A stretch of DNA of 63,954 bases, filler included, from an uncultured bacterium (lineage in GTDB: Bacteria > CAZDME01 > JAYEMH01): the NCBI GenBank assembly GCA_964506785.1. It is 3 parts of 3 records of this genome, joined end to end, with 100 filler letters (N's around TTAATTAATTAA, not from the genome) between each part and the next. Parts side by side here need not be neighbours in the genome. Positions count along the whole stretch, not along the records: positions 54,930 to 63,954 come from CAZDME010000052.1; 2 more parts are not named here. The stretch is one strand, 5' to 3'. The notes under the pieces are model-generated. The model was given only the letters and a program-made list of their open reading frames with translations, was not told the DNA's origin and did no database searches. A program made the translations under genes and the position numbers. Within the stretch, counting starts at the first letter, position 1; each line of letters opens with the position of its first letter. This document shows positions 58,317-63,954 of the stretch, one piece after another.

Positions 58317-58360
58317 TACAGGGATTAGCGCTGATTTAATAACCGACTTTCAGTGATAAA

Positions 58361-59176
58361 ATGTTAATTATTCCCGCCATTGACCTAAAAGGGGGACGTT
58401 GTGTTCGTCTCCGTCAGGGAAAAGCAGATAGTGTTGAAACCTTTTCCAATGACCCCGTAAGCGTGGCCCAAACTTGGGAAACCCTGGGTGCAAAACTAAT
58501 TCATCTGGTCGATTTGGATGGCGCCTTTAAGGGGAAACTCCAGAATTTACCGCTGATTAAGGCGATTGTTAAGGCGGTCAGGATTCCGGTCCAATTAGGG
58601 GGAGGATTAAGGGATTCCCGGGAGATTAACCGGGCTTTCAAGGCAGGTGTTGAGCGGATAGTCCTGGGAACCCGGGCATTTGAATCCCCGGATTTAATAA
58701 AAAAGCTTATTAAGAAATATGGCCAGAAGATATTGGTTGCGGTAGACAGTTCTAACGGTAAATTAGCTGTTCGCGGTTGGGAAAAAAAGGTAAATCTGGG
58801 GATTATCGACTTTATTAAAGAGATGAAAGATTCAGGTGTAAAAAACTTTGTTTTTACCGACATTAAGCGGGATGGAATGATGAGGGGTCCGAATATTGCC
58901 CTGGTCAAGGAGATTCTTTCTAAAGTAAATCCCGTTAGAAAAGGAAGTTCTCTAATGACCGGCGGCGGCGGTCATACCCAACGATTAAAATCGCTGGCTT
59001 TTTCTAACGGGGTGAAGGTTAAATTGATTGCTTCCGGCGGTATTAGCTCTAAAGGAAATTTGAAGAAACTTAAAAGATTAGAGAAAAAGGGTCTGGCGGG
59101 AGTAATTATCGGCCGGGCTTTATATACGGGCGCCCTAAAATTGGAAGAGGCAATAGAGATAGGCTCCCGCTCCTAA
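58361..59176 (+). CDS. hisA: ProFAR isomerase HisA containing a 29-aa in-frame insertion
   Basis: IPAIDLKGGRCVRL.QG, HLVDLDGA, GGGLR, TDIKRDG, IASGG, GRALY. Confidence 0.96.
   Translation: MLIIPAIDLKGGRCVRLRQGKADSVETFSNDPVSVAQTWETLGAKLIHLVDLDGAFKGKLQNLPLIKAIVKAVRIPVQLGGGLRDSREINRAFKAGVERIVLGTRAFESPDLIKKLIKKYGQKILVAVDSSNGKLAVRGWEKKVNLGIIDFIKEMKDSGVKNFVFTDIKRDGMMRGPNIALVKEILSKVNPVRKGSSLMTGGGGHTQRLKSLAFSNGVKVKLIASGGISSKGNLKKLKRLEKKGLAGVIIGRALYTGALKLEEAIEIGSRS
58928..59014. mobile_element. 87-nt palindromic miniature element inserted in frame in hisA
   Basis: Terminal inverted repeats CCCGTTAGAAAA (58931-58942) and TTTTCTAACGGG (59000-59011); two internal hairpins; length is a multiple of 3. 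Confidence 0.8.
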
Positions 59177-59179
59177 AAT

Positions 59180-59222
59180 TGTGTAATGTTAGATGCGTTA
59201 TGTGTAATGAAAAATCGGAAAA
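59180..59222 (-). repeat. Second copy of the CATTACA heptamer element (inverted) between hisA and hisI
   Basis: Reverse complement TTTTCCGATTTTT CATTACA CATAACG CATCTAA CATTACA CA aligns to 37121-37170. Confidence 0.85.
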
Positions 59223-59249
59223 CGTTATTAAATTTATAGAGGAAAAATT

Positions 59250-59633
59250 ATGGATATTTTAAAAGAAATAAAATTTGACCCATCGGGACTTATCCCGGTA
59301 ATTATTCAGGATGCTGAAACCAATGAAATCCTGATGCAGGCCTATATGAATGAAGAGGCCTTGAAAATTTCCTTAGACACCGGGTTGGTACATTTTTTTA
59401 GCCGCAGCCGCAAAAAGCTCTGGCGTAAAGGGGAGACTTCCGGGCATATCCAGGAAATAAAGGAAATATTTTTAGATTGTGATGGCGATAGTTTGCTGAT
59501 TAAAGCCGAACAAAGAGTGGCTGCCTGTCATTTAGGATATAAATCCTGTTTTTTCAGGAAATTAGATAAAGGGAAATGGGGTATCGTTGCCGCCAAGGTT
59601 TTTAATCCAGAAAAAACCTATGAAAAAGAATAG
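59250..59633 (+). CDS. hisI: Phosphoribosyl-AMP cyclohydrolase
   Basis: GLIPVIIQD, SRSRKKLWRKGETSG, DCDGD, ACHLG..SCF. Confidence 0.96.
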   Translation: MDILKEIKFDPSGLIPVIIQDAETNEILMQAYMNEEALKISLDTGLVHFFSRSRKKLWRKGETSGHIQEIKEIFLDCDGDSLLIKAEQRVAACHLGYKSCFFRKLDKGKWGIVAAKVFNPEKTYEKE

Positions 59634-61101
59634 TTATAATCTAACTTTTGAAGAATTCGAAAAATTGACCCTTAAAGGGAATCTTATCCCGGTTTACCGG
59701 GAAATTCTGGCTGATTTAGAAAGCCCTGTTTCAGCTTTTATGAAAATAGGGACGCATCCTTATTCTTATCTTTTAGAAAGTGTCGAAGGAGGAGAGAAAT
59801 GGGCGCGTTATTCTTTTCTGGGCACTCAACCCTCCCTTATTTTTCAGGCTAAAGGGAAGAAAGTCGAGATAAGAGAAGGCAGGGATAAAAAAGTTTTCGA
59901 GTCAGATAAACCTCTTGAAGAGGTAAAAAAGATTATGGCCGGATTCCGGCCGGTTCCCATCGAAGGGCTGCCTCGTTTTTACGGAGGGCTGGTTGGATAT
60001 CTCAGCTATGATGCTATCCGGGATTTCGAGAAGATTCCCGATAAAAATCCGGATGATTTAAAACTGCCCGATTATTTTTTTATGTTGACCGATACTCTTC
60101 TCATATTCGATAATCTCAAGCATTCAATAAAAATTGTCTCCAATGCCTTTGTGAGCGGCGATAACGAAAAGGCTTATCAGAAGGCAATAGGAAAAATTGA
60201 ATCAGTCGAAAAATTCTTAAAGAGGCCTTTGCCTTCAAAAACAAAACAGAAAATAAAGAAACCAAAAGAGAATTTAACTTCTAATTTTACTTCCAAGCAG
60301 TTTGAGGATATTGTTATCAGGGCAAAAGAGAATATTTACCAGGGTGAAGCTATTCAAATTGTGCTCTCGCAGCGTTTAAAAGAAGCTGCTCCTCCTCCGG
60401 CTTTGGATATCTATCGAGCGCTGAGGCGGATTAATCCTTCTCCCTATATGTACTATTTAAACGGAGAGGATTTTCAAGTTATTGGTTCTTCCCCGGAGAT
60501 TTTAATCAGAAAAGAAGGGGATAAGGTGGAGCTGAGGCCGATTGCCGGGACGCGCCGGAGAGGAAAAGATAAGGAAGAAGACGAAAAATTAGAGAGGGAG
60601 TTACTTTCTGACCCCAAGGAAAAAGCCGAACATATTATGCTGGTTGACCTGGGAAGAAATGATGTTGGCCGGGTGAGTCGGTATGGTACGGTTAAGGTTC
60701 CAGAGCTAATGGTTATAGAGAAATATTCTCATGTGATGCATATTGTCTCCCATGTGCAGGGAAAACTTGATCCGGCAAAAGATGAATTCGATGTTTTAAA
60801 AGCCTCTTTCCCGGCGGGGACAGTAAGCGGGGCGCCCAAGATTCGGGCCATGGAAATCATCGATGAATTAGAAAAGGTGAAAAGAGGGCCTTATGCCGGG
60901 GCTTTAGGCTATTTTAGCTTTTCCCATAATATGGATATGGCCATTATTATCCGGACGATAATCATCAAGAATAATTCCGCCTATATTCAAGTTGGAGCGG
61001 GAATCGTCGCCGATTCTATCCCTCAAAGGGAACATCAGGAAACAATGAATAAAGCCCGGGCGATGATTGAGGCGATTGAATTAGCCAGAGAAGGGTTTTA
61101 G
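59620..61101 (+). CDS. trpE: Anthranilate synthase component I
   Basis: LLESVEGGE, NPSPYMY, PIAGTR.RG, EHIMLVDLGRND, GTVSGAPK. Confidence 0.96.
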   Translation: MKKNSYNLTFEEFEKLTLKGNLIPVYREILADLESPVSAFMKIGTHPYSYLLESVEGGEKWARYSFLGTQPSLIFQAKGKKVEIREGRDKKVFESDKPLEEVKKIMAGFRPVPIEGLPRFYGGLVGYLSYDAIRDFEKIPDKNPDDLKLPDYFFMLTDTLLIFDNLKHSIKIVSNAFVSGDNEKAYQKAIGKIESVEKFLKRPLPSKTKQKIKKPKENLTSNFTSKQFEDIVIRAKENIYQGEAIQIVLSQRLKEAAPPPALDIYRALRRINPSPYMYYLNGEDFQVIGSSPEILIRKEGDKVELRPIAGTRRRGKDKEEDEKLERELLSDPKEKAEHIMLVDLGRNDVGRVSRYGTVKVPELMVIEKYSHVMHIVSHVQGKLDPAKDEFDVLKASFPAGTVSGAPKIRAMEIIDELEKVKRGPYAGALGYFSFSHNMDMAIIIRTIIIKNNSAYIQVGAGIVADSIPQREHQETMNKARAMIEAIELAREGF

Positions 61102-61665
61102 ATGATTCTTGTTATTGATAATTTTGACTCCTTTACCTACAATCTGGTCCAATATCTGGGAGAATTCGGGGAAGAAATTAAGGTTTTTCGAAACAATGCC
61201 TTTGATTTAGAAGGGATAGAAAAATTGAATTTTCAAAAGATTATTATTTCTCCTGGACCGGGACGGCCGGCTAAGGCCGGCTTAAGTTTCCAGCTGGTAA
61301 AAAAAATGGCGGGAAAAATTCCCGTACTTGGCGTTTGCCTGGGACATCAAGTAATCGGCGAGGCCTTTGGCGCCGAAATAATCCAGGCCGACCGGGTAAT
61401 GCATGGGAAAATCTCCCTCATCCATCATAACGGGAAGGCCATTTTTAAAAACCTATCCAATCCCTTTGAGGCAGTGCGTTATCATTCTCTAATCATTAAA
61501 AAAGATAACCTCCCGGATTGTTTGGAGGTAACTGCCGAAACAGAAGAAAAAGAAATTATGGGGATAAAACACCGCCAGTATCCTCTTTTTGGCCTGCAGT
61601 TTCACCCGGAATCAATATTTTCTCCCGAAGGAAAAAAACTTTTAAAAAATTTCCTGGAGATATAA
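61102..61665 (+). CDS. trpG: Anthranilate synthase component II (glutamine amidotransferase)
   Basis: IDNFDSFTYN, SPGPG, GVCLGHQ, RYHSL, QFHPES. Confidence 0.95.
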   Translation: MILVIDNFDSFTYNLVQYLGEFGEEIKVFRNNAFDLEGIEKLNFQKIIISPGPGRPAKAGLSFQLVKKMAGKIPVLGVCLGHQVIGEAFGAEIIQADRVMHGKISLIHHNGKAIFKNLSNPFEAVRYHSLIIKKDNLPDCLEVTAETEEKEIMGIKHRQYPLFGLQFHPESIFSPEGKKLLKNFLEI

Positions 61666-61666
61666 A

Positions 61667-62440
61667 ATGAATTTTTACGAAGCCTTACTTGAACCCAGTT
61701 TAATAATTTTAGGAAAGATCGGCGTTTTTTTCTTAATTTTACTTACGGTTTTTCTATTCCTTCTTTTTGGCTGGTTTTTGGCCCTTGTGGTGAAAAAAAT
61801 CCTTCTTAAGGTTTTCAGGAAAATAGATTTAGATAGATATTTTAAAAATACCTGGATGGGAAAATTCTTAAGCCGCGGAGGCATAACTAAAATGCCGGCA
61901 GAGTTATTAAGCGGTTTTTTCTATTGGCTAATAATCGTTATTTTCGTAGTTATTGCTTCTCAGAGTTTAGGGATAGAATCGACCGGTGATTTGCTGGACC
62001 GCTTTCTAATTTTTCTTCCCCGGGTGCTTGCCTTCGGATTAATTCTAATCTTTGGTATCGTTTTTGCCGGGTTTATAGGAAAGTTATTTCAGATAATTTC
62101 GGGAAATCTGGGCATAAAGGAGGCGAAAACCATCGGTCGCCTTCTTCAGGGGATAATAATCATCTATGCGGTAATTATGGCTCTGGAGCAATTGGGTATT
62201 GCCGTTTTTGCGGTAGCGGCTTCTTTCAATATTTTCTGGGCAGCTATTTGCCTTACCCTGGTTTTAGCTTTAGGCTTGGGAGGAAAAGATTTAGTGAAAG
62301 GTTTTCTGGATAATTTTGCAAAAAAATTAGGAGGCAATCAAGGCCCTAAAAAACAAAATACCCGGAGCCGAAATAGAAAGAAAGAAAGAAAAAATAAAGA
62401 TTTACAGGAGATGTTTCCTTATGATCAAAGAGGCGATTAG
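61667..62440 (+). CDS. Membrane protein with TM-helix repeats (CmpX / MscS-associated TM type)
   Basis: Five or six TM helices; [27 protein letters not shown]. Confidence 0.7.
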   Translation: MNFYEALLEPSLIILGKIGVFFLILLTVFLFLLFGWFLALVVKKILLKVFRKIDLDRYFKNTWMGKFLSRGGITKMPAELLSGFFYWLIIVIFVVIASQSLGIESTGDLLDRFLIFLPRVLAFGLILIFGIVFAGFIGKLFQIISGNLGIKEAKTIGRLLQGIIIIYAVIMALEQLGIAVFAVAASFNIFWAAICLTLVLALGLGGKDLVKGFLDNFAKKLGGNQGPKKQNTRSRNRKKERKNKDLQEMFPYDQRGD

Positions 62441-63461
62441 CAAGGTTATTGAGAAAATAGATTTGAGCCAAAGCGAGATGGAATCGGTGATGAATGAAAT
62501 TATGAGCGGCGGGGCGACCCCGGCTCAGATTGGGGCGTTTCTTACGGCTCTCAGGCTTAAAGGAGAAACGGTCGAGGAAATTACCGGAGCGGCCCGGGTG
62601 ATGCGAGAAAAAGCGAGCCGGATAAGAAATTTAGAGGAGCTGAGGATTAATCGGGTAGAAATTGTTGATACCTGCGGGACAGGAGGTAGCGGCACCAATG
62701 CTTTCAATATTTCTACTGCCACGGCCTTTGTGGTTGCCGGGGCCGGACTTAAGGTAGCCAAACACGGTAATAAATCCGTCTCCAGTCTCTGCGGCAGTGC
62801 CGATATTATCGAGGGTCTGGGTGTTAGTTTAAAACTTTCGCCGGAGGCGGTCGGTGAATGTATCAAAGAGGTGGGTATCGGTTTCCTTTTCGCGCCGCTT
62901 TTTCATGGGGCCATGAAACATGCCATTGGCCCGAGACGGGAAATCGGCATAAGAACAATTTTTAATATTTTGGGGCCTTTAACCAATCCGGCCGGAGCTA
63001 CCTCTCAGGTAATGGGCGTTTATGATGGGAGCCTTACCGAAACATTAGCTCAGGTTTTAGGCAACCTCGGGGTCAGACATGCTTTGGTCGTCCACGGAAT
63101 GGACGGCCTTGATGAAATTACGATAACAAAAGAATCTAAAATTTCTGAGGTTAAAGAAGGCAAGATTAAAACTTTCTTTCTAAAACCAGAGGATTTTGGA
63201 ATCAGTCGCGCTCAGATGGAGGATATAAAAGGGGGAACGATTGAGGAGAATGTAAAAATTATTCAAAAAATTTTAAAGGGAGAAAAGGGCCCCTTCCGGG
63301 ATATAGTTCTGCTTAATGCCGCCGCCGCTTTTATGGCTGCCAATAAAGCCAGGGATTTTTCCGGAGGAATTAAAATAGCCGAGGATTCTATCGAGCAGGG
63401 CAGAGCCCTAAATAAACTTGAACACCTTAGAAAAAAATCAGAGGAGCTGGAACGAAAATAG
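62421..63461 (+). CDS. trpD: Anthranilate phosphoribosyltransferase
   Basis: [35 protein letters not shown]. Confidence 0.97.
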   Translation: MIKEAISKVIEKIDLSQSEMESVMNEIMSGGATPAQIGAFLTALRLKGETVEEITGAARVMREKASRIRNLEELRINRVEIVDTCGTGGSGTNAFNISTATAFVVAGAGLKVAKHGNKSVSSLCGSADIIEGLGVSLKLSPEAVGECIKEVGIGFLFAPLFHGAMKHAIGPRREIGIRTIFNILGPLTNPAGATSQVMGVYDGSLTETLAQVLGNLGVRHALVVHGMDGLDEITITKESKISEVKEGKIKTFFLKPEDFGISRAQMEDIKGGTIEENVKIIQKILKGEKGPFRDIVLLNAAAAFMAANKARDFSGGIKIAEDSIEQGRALNKLEHLRKKSEELERK

Positions 63462-63500
63462 GCCTCTCAAAGTCAAAAGGTCAGACTGACAGAGTGAAAA

Positions 63501-63954
63501 ATGTTTTCTTTAGATAAAATTTTGAAAACAACCAGAAAGAAAGTAGAAGAAGCAAAACGCCGCCTGCCTCCGGATGTGCTTAAAAAAAGATTAAAGGATG
63601 CCGCCCCTATCCGCAGTTTACAAAAAGCCTTGGATTTCTCCTCAGGTCTTGCTTTAATCGGCGAGATTAAAAAGGCCTCACCCAGCGCTGGTCTTATCCG
63701 GAAAGATTTTTTTCCGATAGAATTGGCTAAAGCTTATTTGGAAGGTGGGGTTACTGCAATATCTGTTTTAACCGAGGAAGAATTTTTTCAGGGGAAGCTG
63801 GATTATCTTTTAAAAATAAAAAAATCAGTTGACCTGCCTTTGTTACGGAAGGATTTCATAATTGATGAATATCAAATCCTTGAGTCGCGTCTTTTCGGGG
63901 CAGACGTCGTTTTACTAATTGCTTCCATTCTAAACGATGAAGAAATAAATAGGT
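63501..63954 (+). CDS. trpC: Indole-3-glycerol phosphate synthase, 3' truncated by the window end
   Basis: Manual translation: LDKIL...LIGEIKKASPSAGLIR...ISVLTEEEFFQG...LLRKDFIIDEYQI. Confidence 0.95.
   Translation, partial: MFSLDKILKTTRKKVEEAKRRLPPDVLKKRLKDAAPIRSLQKALDFSSGLALIGEIKKASPSAGLIRKDFFPIELAKAYLEGGVTAISVLTEEEFFQGKLDYLLKIKKSVDLPLLRKDFIIDEYQILESRLFGADVVLLIASILNDEEINR

Overview
Bacterial DNA, most likely a draft MAG/SAG from the PVC superphylum (Omnitrophota/Ratteibacteria-like). This is inferred from the PVC small basic signature protein, a MurC-MurB fusion and an intact FtsZ-containing dcw cluster. The window is three contigs joined by artificial 100-nt N/TTAATTAATTAA spacers (28080-28179 and 54830-54929), so adjacency across them is not biological. 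Contig 1 carries prmC (partial), murA, rpsP-trmD-rplS-rnhB-yraN-comM, an L,D-transpeptidase, accA, the PVC signature protein, purA, tRNA-Lys/Glu, a three-gene minor-pilin cluster, a MurL-like enzyme, yqeY, ferredoxin, a PorV-like barrel, Lrp plus aminotransferase, tRNA-Leu, smpB-ssrA-amidase-GerMN-murI-queDCE, a three-gene islet and a probable IS end. Contig 2 carries the dcw cluster (ftsL to ftsZ), pgeF, proC, recA, a DegP/HtrA protease, alaS, ruvX, mltG, a NIL protein and a partial GT-C gene. Contig 3 carries a PASTA protein, rpe, hisD/B/A/I and trpE/G/D/C. Most notable unexplained structure: (1) an 87-nt palindromic, multi-hairpin element inserted in frame in hisA; (2) three families of 7/8-mer tandem-repeat elements, each present twice, at gene junctions of core operons; (3) an islet bracketed by a diverged second copy of the queE 3' end; (4) a giant minor pilin with an apparently nested, split-domain insert. 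All calls are from reading the sequence; no searches were run.
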